64,000 nucleotides of DNA, taken from Balanoglossus misakiensis. Taxonomy: Eukaryota > Animalia > Hemichordata. The notes below the pieces were generated by a model. It was given only the letters and a program-made list of their open reading frames with translations, was not told the DNA's origin and did no database searches. Location: assembly GCA_040954595.2 (NCBI GenBank), contig CM082576.2:8001129-8065128 (forward strand), written 5' to 3'. Of the stretch, positions 40,553 through 61,000 are shown piece by piece (positions within the stretch are counted from its first letter, which is position 1; every line of letters starts with the position of its first letter). The position numbers were made by a program, and so were the translations under genes.

Positions 40553-41501
40553 GAGAGGGGTTGTACATGGTATTGTGATTGTATAAAAAAAGACTTGACT
40601 AAAAAACTGTGGGGGTTGGGTAGCACTGTACTGACAGTAAATGTTTATTTAGATGTACTCATGTAGATTATTAATTTTTAGTGATGACACTTTGCAATTT
40701 TAAATAGTTTTATTTGGTTCGCGACGTTTCTAATATTGATATGTATATCTTTATAATATAATTATGACAGAGTTTTGAAATAAATTTTATGATTAAATAG
40801 TGCATCTCCACACAGTTCATCTATATGCTGACAAGGTTCATCATACACTTATCCACTCAAAGTTGGACACAGCCTCACAGGGGGGTTGATGACACAAAAC
40901 AAGAACACAAATACTGACACACACACAAAAAACCCACATGTCTACAAATCAGAAAGACAATGCACCAAGACATTAATTTTATCATACAAGGTAAATGATG
41001 TGTTTATTGCATTGTGATGTAAAGACTGTTGTCCATCAAGTGCAGTATTCTCATTGGATTAGTCGCCTCCAGTATTCTCTAAAATTAAAATATTTTTGTA
41101 CTTAAAATAAAAAAAAATACCTGCTGTAGATATCTCCCATACTCTTTACTGTGTGCGCGAATTGATTGAAAACATTAATTCTGAGAATGTCTACTTCTCA
41201 AATACAAGCATTTTGAAAAATATGTATACATGTAATATCTTCTACTAGTATCTTCCCCTCCCAACCCCTTCAGCCTTGACAAGGTATTTACCTCTTAAGA
41301 AAGTGTTATCAACAGAGAGGTTCATATAAGATAGCTACGGCTTTCCATAAGTACAGGCACACACATGACCTTGGGTGGCAGCAGTGAAATGTGACAATGG
41401 CAAGTGTACAGGCAGAGAAGGAGGAATGTCTTGGTTTGGTTGTGACAGCATTTTTGCAGGCTGATCGCGATGAAGAGAACTAGATCTGTGGTAACCGCTG
41501 T

Positions 41502-46686
<5,185 letters not shown>

Positions 46687-47114
46687 CTTCTTGTGTCTAA
46701 CCACCTAAGTTAGTCATATTTCACTTAGTCGTTTTTCACTCACAGCAGAACCCCTAACATCCTCGAAATAAGTAGATCGGCCACTGTTCATTTCTTATTA
46801 CAAATTTATTGCAGTCATATTTTAATGAAACAATGGAGCATTATCTGGAAAATCTACAGTTACAAATGTTGCACTTTATGACAAAATTAAAACTGGGGCA
46901 ACATTTAACATGACACAATGATAGTGAATTCTTAGTGATGGTTCTGATAGTGAGATCAAAACTTTCTTGTTCAAGTTTGACAGCTTGTAGAAATCTTCAC
47001 TTTCTATTAATAACATAGATGCAGATTATTCTGAAGGAAACTCATGAGTCCAAAAAGTTGTCAGATGGCAGTCCGAGTTAATGAGTCACTGTCTCACAAG
47101 TTCAATGTTGATGA

Positions 47115-48428
47115 TCAGCTTGCCTCCATGTCAGTGCTGTCTGTGCTGACAGCACTCAGCGCTGGTGAGGGAGAGATTTGCGGACTGAAGAAGAGACCGC
47201 AGAACGCATCCTGCAGGGCTCTTTGACAGGCGTAGGACGAGGAGAAGCCACCGCCCACTCCCTGGGGCGAGGTCGGCCTCACGTATTTTAAAAATCTGGA
47301 GGGTGGAAAACAAAACAAGAGGTGCGTTAGTATTAAAGTAATGGTATTACGTGAACTCCTGTTGAGACCAAAATGTTAAGAGACCTGTTTTTAAGCACCG
47401 TTTTTAAAAAAAAAAGATTTTATTTTCTCTTCCTCATTTTGACCTACCCCTGAGTTTGTAAGTCTTTTTCCTCTGGTGGTGGTGGCCCGTAGGTTTCCAC
47501 GGAAACTGTCTGGTATCTGTACAGAGTTTCCTCCAGTTTTGGTATGGGGAGGAAAGTGTCCTCCACTCTGAATCCCTGAAAGGCAATAAGATTGCAGAGG
47601 ACTAAGTATTGTCGCAGCCAGATGGATCTAAGATGAGGTACAGGGACATCCCTTTAGTTGAATGAGCTGGTCCTTCCTGAAGCATTCAAACCACTGCTAC
47701 TACCTATGAGTCAAGGTAGTCCTTTGCTTAGACCCGACGATGATGCTATAGACACACTTATGTGCCTATGGGACACATGGTAGAGGCAAATTGTGCTGTC
47801 TTATCGATCTTGGCGATCAGGCACGTCACTCACACAAACAAAAGCAGACATGAATGTGAAGATACACACCACTTTTATGCCCGTTGAAAACTTGGTCGCT
47901 GGCTTGGGAAGGTTGTTCTCTGTCGCCGCCTGCAGTTTGACCTTTGCAGCGTGCGACGCCAGTATGTCTTCCGCTCTCATGTCTGAAAACATCTGTAATT
48001 GGCAGAAATTCACAGGTAAAAAAATTACTGCAGTAACTGGTGACTACCAAGGTCAAGCCGAACCCTGGCATTTCTCTTTGGTGAAATCTCTTGGTGGAAC
48101 GACAGTGAAGTGATGGTATATTAGTAGTTAGCAACCAGGTCATACAACACAGGTGTATCTACACTGCCTTGAATTCAATGATACATCATGCAGTGAAAAG
48201 CATCTCTTACCAAATCATCTATGAGAGATTCTTTATTCTTCTTTTTCATATTTTTCTCTTCCATGTCAAGCATCTTGTACATTTGCTTCTTCTCTTCATC
48301 CTCCTGTTTTTCCTGTTCAACCAACGCCTCGATGTATGCTTCATCTTTGCTCTGAGTGAGAGAGGGAAAGGGACGGACGGCCAGTCAGTCCATGTATGTG
48401 GAAATTTCGATCGTTTAAGATGTAAATT

Positions 48429-48459
<31 letters not shown>

Positions 48460-49841
48460 CAAATTCAAGTTTGGTCACTTGCTTTTGTATGCTCCAGGGT
48501 ATAGCACCCCCAGTGGTGTACTCACTATTTTTCCTTTGTTTTTCATGATGGCCTCCTTGTTGGCCTTTTTGTACTCTTCCACTTTGCGTTTACTGGACTC
48601 GACATCGATCCCATTGGCTAGGTTGTAAACTGAAAATGTGATCAGGACATGGTCTGTGCATGAGATTCATTGATATGCAAATACCAAGAGCAGAAACAAG
48701 GAAAAGGCAGGACAAATATCAGGAGCAATTCAGGTTATACTCACTGATAGTTTCAATTTCTTCAAGATAGTCATTGTAGTCTCTGAGAGTTTGAAAATCA
48801 TCTTCCTTTTTATTAAAACTGAAAAAAGGATAGAAAAAAAGATAAATCATACTGTGATTGAATATCAGCACTGCATATATGGTCACGTGTAATAAGCCAG
48901 AGTTTACACTTACTGACTACAAATTTGAAGTAAATAACACACAAATAAGATACGTGGCAATTTTTTGCACAGTTGAAGTTATAGAAATCCAATTCCAGTT
49001 CAAACAGAGACTTGTGAAAAGATAAACAAATACATGTAATGGGTTTTTCATCCTGTGAAATGTATATATACTAAAGGTATCATCTTTTCAGTCTACAGGA
49101 ACTGTTTGGCTGTATCCTGTAACAACTTCCTGGGCCCCTACAGGCAATCAAATACCTTCACAAAAATCAGGAAAAACACAAACTCACTCTTTAAGTATTC
49201 TTTTCCTGATATCGACCTCTTTTTCAACAACGGCATCTTCAAACAACTGGAGTCTGAAATTGTTCCTCCTGAGGGCAGTATTGCACTGCGGACAAGCCCC
49301 AGATCCCCTGACAAACAGTAATTCAACGCAGTTCTCACATCTGTGGAGAGGGAAGAGTATGCAGGTCTTGTGTTTTACTTTCTATTTGAACATTATGGTA
49401 CTGAGAGACTGATATATCTACGGAAATTACACATACGCCCATTCAAGCATTCCTCCATCTTTTGAAAACTGTAATACCATGCATGATTGATACACATCAT
49501 CATTCAACATTCTGTAAACCAATGGAAACACTCTTCTTGCCTTAGGTTTCCTGTTTCATACACGATTGTAGGGATCAACTCATGTTCTTTATTACGAAAT
49601 TTAGCTGTCACTTCTAATTCCTAAACTCGTATTTTACGTTTGCGGTACCTTCAACGCAGGTGATACTGATGATGGATAAAAGCAAAATGAAACTGACAGT
49701 GCCAAGTCGGCATCACATAAACTTCGATACACATGATTTCTCTTTCACTTACAGCGAATGTCCACAAATGTTGACCATCAACTTCAGAGAGGGATTTCGA
49801 TATTTTGTCGTCTTGCAGTGAGGGCAAGACTGGTCATCCAT
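47115..49841 (-). CDS. MNAT1: CDK-activating kinase assembly factor MAT1, about 8 exons
   Basis: RING finger [30 protein letters not shown]|[64 protein letters not shown]. Confidence 0.96.
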
Positions 49842-52800
49842 CGCTCTACCAGAAGAGGAACATGGAAACAAATCAGCTCCCTCCGCTGTCAACGTGTGAG
49901 AAAGCAACATAAGATAACTTCCGGGTCATGACAACAACGGTGGTGGCGCACTTTAAAATGGCTCCAAACGTGACCACGTTGCGTGCCACGGTGCTAGGGT
50001 GCAGGTAGTACAGTACTGGACTGGTAGGCTACTGATTTGAGTTCAAGCTAGTCGGGTAAACTCTCTCACATTTTAACTCATCGTCCAGAAGGTGCTCCTT
50101 CACACGCGCGCAGACCTGTACGCAGGGTTATAGCTATGAGGCCTAGACTAAAACAACACTTATTACTATAACACATGGCAGTAAAAGTGTACCACTGAAA
50201 AACCACTCAAACTGGGGAAGTCTGTCATGTGCGTTACTAGGTTAATTTTAGGGAAATTGGGGTCACAGTCTGTATATTTTCGAAGTATGACCTCAGCGAG
50301 ACAGTCTATCAATAGACAGCTGTCTGGATTTAGTTTCTCGACTTTTTTTTTTTACCAATTTCCGCGTATCATTTCACTTCTTTCAAATTGTTGCAATTCC
50401 ATTTTGGAACACACGGTGGGTTGGTATCCATCCCTCACTTCCTCGAAAAATATCCATTTCGTTTCGTCGCCTAGAACATCTTACAGAAATATTACAAACG
50501 TCCTGATTCGCTCTGGTTTTGCTCTTTCCCGTGTTTTCTCCCACTGAGTGTCATATTTCGTTTCCATGGTTTCTACTACACATACAACGGCCACTTCTGC
50601 CAGTGGAGCGCCAACCAGCGGATCTCAGGAGAGAATCCACACAGTGCGCACACTGAGCAGCGCCGTCAGCGACACTACCCGGCAAGCGAATCAAAGGAAC
50701 AAGAGCCACGACCTTATGATCCAGTCTATTAACCCTTAACTTTCATTACAATGACACTGTGTAGGGAAACACATAGGACTTTAACAATCGCTAGAAATGC
50801 AAAGTTTTTTATTGTGAACTAGTAAGCCCCCCCCCCCCCCCCCAACAAAAAAAAATTAATGTGTTGTTCTGATAACATGCTTTTCAGAAATAAGGTAGAT
50901 AGGAAAACTATTAAGTCATGTCAATCCAAGTCTTGCGTGATTTTGCTTTGTCTTATTTTGTTATAGCAGAAATTATATTTCCAACATACCTGTAAAAAGT
51001 TTAGCTTCGGCGGGTTAAATCGGAATATCTTTCATGACTTTACTTTCCAACAAACCTCTATCAACACCGTGAAACTTAGCCCGTTCAATGTTGTTTGTAC
51101 GGGTGGTGTTGTGGAGGGACAGGTAATCATAGATATGTCGATGGGAAATTCGCCTATGGGGTTTCCTTGATCTTAATGACAGATATGAAAAAAAGATATG
51201 AATATATGTTTCTGTCGGAATAATTAGTTTGTATATTAATAACGCAAGACACTAAACAAAAAGTCCACGAATATTCTAAGAAAATGCTTTTTTTAAGTCA
51301 GTGGAAAAAATCAAGACCACTCCCCTCCTTTCAAGGTTTACCGTCAGATTAGATAGTCGTCGATGAAACTGAGAACATCAAATTTTCGCCACACGGAATG
51401 TTGACGGCGATATGGCTGACAACAGGACGAAATATTTGAAATGCATCAGCACGCTTTGTTGGCGTCTTATCCAATTATGGGCGAATTGCTGCGGAATGCT
51501 TCTGCTGATGTAGTGCAGTGTTAGTGACATTTCTGAAACAGGATCTCAACTATTTCGAACGCTGAAAGATACAGTAAATATTTAAGCGCACGTCTCTGCC
51601 GATTTATATCGATTGAAAAATAAAATGAATTCCGATGAAGTAATCGCGCTCGGACCCCAGTTTGCCATCATTAACATGTCAGATCTAAATTTAGAAGATT
51701 TTCACTATTTAAGGAATAAGGGGGCTTTCATATATTATGCAGGAGGAGGGCTGGAAGAATAAGGGCGGGTCATGTTTTACAAAACAGACCTATTTTTAGT
51801 ATGTCGGGAATTACATCGGAATGAATGATGATTGCGATGCAACAAACCTCCTCGTGGTTTTTCGAAATTATCGTGAACCCTACACTCGAAGAACTTTTGT
51901 CTAGAGGAACATTGATTGACCTATTAAATTATTAAATGTCTCGTCTTCTTAAATTTATCCCGTACTCTCTGGTCTCATTTGGAATTCATGCAGTCGCGTA
52001 GGTTGACCCGATAAGCACAGTTTGTCTGAGGTTAAATTATGCGAAATGTTTCTCCAAATATAATAAACAGTACAGAGTTTAGTTCGTGACTTCCGCTCAA
52101 ACTGGCGTGCACAGATTTCGGTCAGTGACCCGGTCATGACAAATCGTGGTTGGTTCGCATGGATACATCCTTCGGAATCCCTCAAATTATTTTTCCCCAA
52201 CTGTTATTTTTTCATCATGGCCGTTGGAGGTGAGAACTCGTCAACAATGCATGAGACGCTGGAAATCCATCACCCGCCGAAAAATGTGATCATGCGAATG
52301 TATAGCAACTTCCTGTCTTTAAAAGTTTTTTTTTTCATTTTGGCACGTTTATTTGTTTTCTAGAGAGCGTTATTCAAAAAGAGATGATCGGTTCAATTCA
52401 ATTCAGTATTACGTTATTCGTCACAAAACCAGGAAATTCGTTTCAATTGTATTGTATATGACCCCGGCCAAGGACACATACAATACAAAATACAGAGTTC
52501 CATAAAATTAAAAATGAAACGTAAGCACAATACACAAAATACTGAGCTTACACATCATTTAAAACTTCACATTGCGTTTGAAATTAAAACAGCGAACAAC
52601 AGAGACGCTGCCCGCCCATCTCTACAGTTGATTTTAATCAGATTGGACAACGAGCAGTCTTTTACGAATTATGCGCGCGGTCACTGCATACCGCATATTT
52701 CTTCTTCAATGACCGAAGTGTTTGCGTGTGGAGTCGTATGTGGACCATCGTGGTATAGGGCCTAGTTATTTGATGTATCTAAATCCGATACATCAACGAA

Positions 52801-54620
52801 ATGACCACACATCAAACCCGATGATGTCAGTTGCTAGGTGTGAAAATCGCCGTGACTAACTCAATGCACAACGGTGGCGTTATTTTCATATTCATACTCC
52901 ATCCTCCGTGGTGGTCTCCCGTGGTCGCCGGCAAAGCAACATTCTTGCCATTGACGGCGTAGGAATATTTTCAGCTGATCAGATGAAAAAAATATTACAC
53001 AAACTATCTGAGTGATCTATATGGAGACGCAAAACCACTTACATTATGGGTGGCTAGGTTGTATCTAGTGTACATCGATTACGTCAAAAACCATTATCAT
53101 AATACTTAATCGTAAATTGAGCGCTGATTTGCCAGTCATGCGAATATTAACGTACTACGGCTACGACGTCAGTGAGGTTTGCGTTGACGTATAGAAAATT
53201 GCCTGTCTACTCTTACCCTTATTGCAGTGTCAGTTTTCATAAAAGTGTTCATTCTCAGGGTCTGATTAATATGCGAATAATAATCACAGGAGCCTGTCCA
53301 TGCGACCCATTTCTCCTAGCCTCACTCCGAAGGTTAAATTATGTCACACAGTGTCGTGATATTTAACTAAATGGCCGAGAAAATTCAAAAGCAACGGACA
53401 GTCGATATACTAGTATTTCGCCAAAATAAATACATTTGTAGTCAACCAAATATGGCACTTCGGGTAATGTGACATGTCCCAAACGTTTACCATTACACAA
53501 CAAGAGAGAGATGTATAAATTTCACATCAATGAGTTGCCTGCTGATGCGTTGTATAGAAGAACTTTTCCTTGTTGATAATAAGTGTATATCCAAAAATCG
53601 TGCTATCAGTGCATTTCGACAAAAAGTGGATTGGGAGTTAAAATGTTTGCAGGGGAGCTCATTGAAACTTTTGAAACCCCAATCCAACCACGTGCTCCAT
53701 GGGGCATTGACTAAATGAGGCACATGGTTGGACGTGTTTGGAATCGACCCCACCCCCCTGTCGGTCGTGATTGTGGCCACTGATCGTGTCATAACTAATC
53801 CGTTCGTGTTAATTTCTTCACCTGCCGGCGTTGCAGTGGCCTGGTCCCGATAGGCTCACGTCACCCGGTGTTAAGTTCGCGGTGTCCCTGCTGACCTCGA
53901 CGCACTCCTGCGATCAAGATCAACGTAGATTCCCTCTGGGACACCCCCAGCGGGCGCCACGCATTCAGCGTGTAATCACTCCGTGCGCGATTCGACCAAA
54001 GGTTACAAGTACCACCAAAAAATCAGATGTATGATAAACTACTGACTAATGTGATTATTGTGAATTAAAATACTACGGGTGTTCTCTTCGTATTAACTAC
54101 CACGATTAATATGTTGATCTAATTATGACATCCGCGACGCGTCACGCAGAGTTTTATACACTGTTGTATATTTCAATTCTGAAATGTATTTACGATGGCG
54201 CCGGGTCAGCTTACAGCGGACGGGAAGATAATTTATTGTTATATTAAAATCATTCTGAATTCATAACAGCGAGGTGGGATTGGCACTATGTAACCGAGAC
54301 CCTTATGTAAACATAGTTTTGTTTTACCAGTTGGGGTTAGACGATAAACTCCTTGCAATTGTACCATAAAATATTTTGTTTAAAATTACGTGTGCCCCTC
54401 TCAACCATTTGCCGCTGACGTGTTTTATATTTTGTTTCATATTAGAAATGTTGATGTTGTAGCGTTTTCTAATATAGGGCATTTAAATCTCTACACGTCT
54501 GTCTGATCTGTCTATTGCCGGACACTGCTCCCGCCCAAAGTACACGCGAGTCCAAGCGTGTCGCACAAATCATCGGGCGGTGTGATATTTTCACCCCGAA
54601 AAATTATACAAACATTCGTC

Positions 54621-54962
54621 CATCATTCATTCATTCATTCATTCATTCATTCATTCATTCATTCATTCATTCATTCATTCATTCATTCATTCATTCATTC
54701 ATTCATTCATTCATTCATTCATTCATTCATTCATCCGTCTGTCTGTCTGTCTGTCTGTCTGCATATCCATTTAATACATACATACACACATACATACATA
54801 CATACATACATACATACATACATACATACATACATACATACATACATACATACACACATACATACATACATACATACATACATACATACATACATACATA
54901 CATACATACATACATACATACATACATACATACATACATACATACATACATACATACAGACC

Positions 54963-55003
<41 letters not shown>
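54621..55003. repeat. Compound tetranucleotide microsatellite (CATT)n-(TCTG)n-(TACA)n-(CAGA)n
   Basis: Directly visible; source of the spurious FIHS/YIHT/DRQT ORFs. Confidence 0.97.
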
Positions 55004-55004
<1 letters not shown>

Positions 55005-58000
55005 TCAAATTCAGCCAGTTAGCCAGGCAGCCAGAATGAATATTATGGGGGCAAGTCTGTCAAATGAAAGCGCCGCATTTTGTTGAAATTTGACACCTCC
55101 ATTACTCAGTCGTGTTTCCGATGTATTCAGACATGGTCAACGCGTGTGACGTGACGAAATTATTAAAGCCGCATTCCCGTTCCCGTCGCGTCGTGTGCGA
55201 AAAAATGCTGCAAGGTCGTGGAAGGTGTTTCCTGGGCACTTTTCACACCTGTAGTGTGTAGCGCCTAGCAGATTACAGGTATCGATCCCGTCGACGTGCT
55301 TTGTAAACTGACGCCGACGACTTCGACAAGTGCACGAAATGGTGTTTTTTTATAAACTTGGTGGTGGCATAAGTACAGGATTGTGATCGCTTTAATACAA
55401 GAGATCGACAGATCAGGCCAGCGCTGAATGACGCGTTAGATCTGCTGAAAGCTGCCACCAAAATATTGACACTTTCGATCGAAAACTTTTATTCCTCCCG
55501 TATTTATACTCTGTGCCCGTGTTTATTGGCAGTAAATTAGTCGGTGATCCAAAATCCCCCGAAATCCTTTCAAGTCGACTGCTACATTCTTCCCAATCCA
55601 TTGAAAATATTGTTGATCTTTTCAGGGTGGAACGATGGGCCATTCTCGCGCCTTAATAGCCTATTGGTGTAAGAGCCCTCTTTGCAAATAGACGGCTAAT
55701 ATAAAGTGCGGGCGCTTCGAAACAGATGCTCTGTTAGGATAAATACCTGGCCCAGCTTTTCCACCCATTATAATCTTTGTCGAAATTGCAATTGAAATAT
55801 ACATGGAATACAACAAGGGTGGTCTCCCATTGTACACGTCCCCTATACCACTTTGTTTATTTTGTATTTACTTCTCATTCGTCTCTCGTGATATATGGTT
55901 TTAATCCTTTTCTGCCGCAAATTGAAATCGATATTTTCATGGCAACCGAAAGGAGGGTTTCGCATTGACGGCGGGGTCTGAAAGATCGACGAGATGGAAT
56001 AAGCAAACACGCGTAGAGGAGAGTATTTGCAAAACTTGCTGGGGGCTACGGTGTTCCCTCCAGCGTGGCCTGCTAATTGGTCTCCCGTCGAACGTGGTGT
56101 TGGTTGGATCATCGGAGTGGGGAGGGGGGGGGGTGGCTCTGTAGGCTACCTGACTCTCCATCTCAGAAACCAAGAAGAAAAAAAAAGAAGAAAAAAGACA
56201 GACAATGAATTTCAGTAAAAACATTGTCACCTGGCTGTGACGAAGTCAATTGTTGAGCGTCTGGCGTGCACGTTGTCTGTCACCAAGAAGCGTGAGATGA
56301 AACCCTTTCTTACTCGTGCACCGCCATTATTCGAGGCTTCGATTTTTCTCTCACTTTAATTCGGCAGAGGGTGAAAGAGATCGATTTGTCCCGTTGTCAG
56401 GCCACAGAAACCGCCATTCACGCTTCAAATGGCGTAATTGGAGGACCGGGGAACTGGGCAATGTGAATGATGTCCCATTTGTAAAGATCCTTTCACTGTC
56501 TGCCTGTTATCAAACAACGGTGGCATTACACGGATTACCTTTGTTTTCAAAGGTCGTTGTAATTTCGCCGGTGTGGCCAAACACGGATCAGGGACGCTTA
56601 TTTAATCGCCGTGGTCCTTTCAGCCAACTGTCACAACTACAAAAAACTGGAATAAACTTTAAATTATCCCCGCCGACTGTTTGTTTTCTCCACCAGCCGT
56701 TGAATGCTATTCAGAGGCAACTTTTGGAATAACAAACTCAACAATCGGCGCTAAATCTGCTAAAGCAACAGCCAAAAAATAATCACGTTCGGTTTGTTTC
56801 CCCCCAGCAATAGAAACAGCGAGGAAAAGAAAAAGTAATTCTCGCGTTCGAAATATTTGAACTGGGACGAACAATGCCGACTGTTGATACATTTGATTGA
56901 CAGGTGGTTGTTGATAGACTCGTCCAGGGAAAGTGCCGACTTTTGCCGCATTCTCTGACGCACATTGCTGCTTCATTTATTATACCTATGTCCCGAAATC
57001 CCGCACTCTTTAACATGGGGAAATAATTCTGTACATTCCTGCAGCCTTATCGCATAGGCCCATTCGGAAAGGAAAGGAACAATTTGTTCATGAAACCAAA
57101 ACGCTGATTACTGCAGTTAGTTTAATGGAGTAAGAAAAGAGAACATTTGTGATGTAGAGCAACGGAGAACTCAGTATACAATGGATTCACCTTTTTTAAA
57201 ACATCCTAAATATTAATATTCCGTGTTATAAATGTGTCTGTCTATGTGTGTGCTTGAAAAACGTTAGGTTGAATCGCCAATCCAAATATGCATGACGAGC
57301 CTGAGTTTTATATGTAATTGATTGACACGATGATTTGGGAATCTAAGCTGTTTTCCCGACACTTCGGCATAAACCGTTCTCCCAGAGGACGAGAGCTTCC
57401 TGTCGATTTGCCTTATAATCAGCTGGTAAATGTTTTAATGCCAACAAAGTAACAAAGGTTTAACCTGAAATTTACAGCCGACCGTTTAGATTTACCAGGA
57501 CGCACATGCGCAGGGAGGGAAGATTTTCAAAAACGCGTTTAGCTACAAAATCGGATTTAAACACCTTTGAATAATGTATGTTAACTATAAAGCGGGACGC
57601 CGCGGACGTATTTGTTGTTGAGCGGTGATAACATTTTAACAGTGGCCGGTAAATGGGGGAAATTTTACGATGCTCTCTATTGAAATATATGAAACCACGA
57701 TAATCCAACGCAGCTTGATACGGTCCTCGATAAAATATCGTTCTACACAATTTTTACACAAAACGGATGATTGATATCATACCAAACTGAGAAGTACAAC
57801 TAACTTGCCGATACGCTATTAAATTTTTCTGTTCTGGAGTTTTTTTTAATGTAAATGATAAATCTCTGGATTGAAAAGAAAAAGAAAAATTGCTTAATAA
57901 GAAAGTCAAAAATGACACTAACAGTATTGACACGGGTTTCTAAGCTTGCATTTGTATTATTGAATAAATCCTCGTCTATTTTCATATTTATGTACCTCGG

Positions 58001-61000
58001 TACTGCGAAACCGGTATATGTACTGGAACGTACCCCCAAAATGTACATAAAATATATTGTAGATATGAGGCGGAACGCTGTCACAAAACGTTGAATACAA
58101 TTTGATCATGTCTCTAAAATGTAAGCTTATCATACTTGATATGGAAATAATTACGGTGTCCCTCCGTTCACCTGCTATGAGTACCGTGCGATTCCACCAT
58201 GTTTAGATTACCTGTTCAGTGTTGTGCTATGCTGTGATGATGTGCTGTGCTCAGTGATGTTTAGGGTGAATATCTTAATGGTAGATAAAATTGCAGACGG
58301 TTGAATATATATGGTAAATTTCGACATTTGAAATGTATCCAACCGTGTCAATTCACCACAGCTTGACTCATCACCGATGTGTTTTATTTTAAATACAGTA
58401 CGCTATTCATTGAATATATTTATGGGTCTGACCATTTGACTTGGCCTTATCACGTCGAAGTCATTCGTGAATTTCGATTTCCGTTACATATGCCGGCTAT
58501 GGTGTTAGGTCTGGTTCAAGACTGCATACAGCGATCGTACATTTTAGTAGTTTCTAAAAATCCGCAATGAATGTATAGTGAGCTCTTTCTAACAGTAAAC
58601 GCAGCTCAAGATATTATAGCCTTTAGCGCCGCTTGAATGACTACCTACACACGAGCCGTGCGTAAACGACCGTATTTTTTAATAGGTAGCATGATATATG
58701 ACTTGTTCGCTGGAAAGGTTCAAAGTTTAAGGAGCGACCCCGACTGAAAAAAATACCAGACCCTTCAAAGCCTGTAAGAGTTTGCACGTGTACACTTAGG
58801 ATGAAGTTAAATATCAAAACAGTGGAGACTATTAGACTAATTGGATTCGTATCCCGAATTCCCGGCGATGCCCCCGGTTGAACCCGTTTCACCGGCCGGC
58901 CACGCTTTGCCGCCTTTTTCAATATGGTCGCCACGCCGCTGCAGGACGTACGGGCGTTGTCGTGTCAGCAGAAGTGAATATTATAATCAATTTCCGTTTT
59001 CCGCAAAATGACAATCTTACAGTATTTGCTTTTGAAGAGAGTGTTAGTAAGAACGCCAACTGGGGTTTCTTTTCATCATTTACAACTTTACAGCTGCAAT
59101 TTTATTCTCGTGGATTCACTGTTTACGACCAATCGTATTCTTCTCAGTCTTAAGAAATTAAAATAAATCACTAGAAATTACTTTCCCAATAAATGTTAAA
59201 ATATATTGATTCCCCCTTTGGTGCTTAAATTGTATTAAAATACGACCGCTAATTATACTCATGTTTTATTAAATTATTCTAACACAGTTTACTTTTCAAA
59301 ACGGCAAGGTTGGGTTAAGACAAATCATTGTCAATGATCTGGTCCCCACATGACCTATATGAAGTTATGGGGATATGTGATATCAGTTCATTCGTACATT
59401 GCCCTTGTGCCAAGTTTGAATGTATGACAGACAAGGAGCCCAATCTATTAGATTTTCTCCGGACTTCGTCCGTTGGGACTAATTATCGCAAAATTCGGCG
59501 AAGTAATGGTCACATGTGGCCGTTATGTTCTGTGTTCTATTTGGCGACCAAGTTGACCCCACCTTACTAGCATTCCGAGAAAAATATATATATTTTTGTT
59601 TAAAATAATATGGCACAAACTGTTTCGGTTATATTATCTATGATGTTCATTTCGGTTGTACCAACAGGTGCCTTGTATTGCGAAAACTGGAGCTCACAAA
59701 CAATAAAATTTACACGGAAGCCCAGCCGCGCTGGCTACAAACGCGCGTTTTTCACACAGCTGAAATTTCCATTTTGATGGCGACTACACAGCGGGCCGCT
59801 TTGGCGCGCTGTCGGCGCTGGCCGTCCACTACCTGGCTACGTCGAAGTGCTCCCAGCGGCGAGGCTACTAAACGGCCCTGGGGTTCCTTCGTATGCGGCC
59901 GCGCAATCGTCGCTCGGTGGAAATTGAAAAGCATTCTTCCGTGAAAAATGCACGCCACTGGACGTCCAGATTACACGGTACTTCAGTTCGTCTGTTTAAA
60001 TGCCAGGAAATTGAATGAATTATACAACTCTCCAACTTCTTATATGTATTTTTCGGCCGAACAATGGCTGTGGGTTATTAAAAACGGCTTAATCTGTTAT
60101 GCGCTGACGGTTACAATGGGCGCACCTGACATGGGGGATAGACTGCGTTTATGGGTCGCTGCTGTGTCTTTTACTACCGATGCAAAATTGATACTCGATA
60201 TATGTCATTTTCTCTGTGTAAACTTTGTCGACGTCACACAATGGCTTCGTCGAGATAAAACATGATCTGTAATTATTGATTTACTGGCGATAAGTGTATT
60301 TCCACACATCTATGTAGTTTACAACTCGGAGCACGGAAACACTGCCTGGCCCGAATCGACTGTGTCGGATGTGTCACGTGACCACGGCCGACAGGATTTC
60401 AAAACTTTTTGTTGTTGTTTCAATCGGTAGTTTTTGAGAAAGTTGCTAAAATTTGTATGCAAGCCACGTTCATTTTTTAAAATATAAAACCCGCACTTTT
60501 AATACATGTGATCTTACCCGGCAATGATTGGAAGTCTCTCGTGGGATGGGGGAGGGGAAGGGGATAGGGTGCGGACAGGTGGGGGGAGGTGAATGCGTCC
60601 ATTATTATACGACAAATGAGAAAAATCCATTTCATGACAATCAGGCTATATAGCTGAACTATTTCCAAATGAACGAAGATGCATAAAAAAGACATTCGTC
60701 TGTATCTCCTAAAAACCGATGACAGAGACGCAGTCCGTTTGATGTCTTTGACGCGACCGGCCATGTGATTCGTGTGTTTCCCGGTGCTTGTAAACATTTT
60801 GTCAATATTTGGATAGCTCGCCGTCGCCGTGGTACGGCCGAGGCCATTAACAGAAGACTGTCCGTGACTGAAACCAAAAATAAGCCCTCTACTCAGGTGC
60901 CGCGGCTGGGGCTAATGATACAACACAATACGCATTTAGCCTATCGCCTTTCCTTTTCTGCCTCGTCCCCTGATCATTAATTCCATTTTTGAGCAAGTCC

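Noticed and set aside
54515-55039. ORFs of 74-174 aa with FIHS/YIHT/MYVC repeats
   Set aside because: Translations of microsatellites.
59320-59580. Possible interspersed repeat remnants here and at ~51710-51790 and ~62760-63010
   Set aside because: They resemble invertebrate MITE-like sequence in feel, but I could not find paired termini or target duplications.
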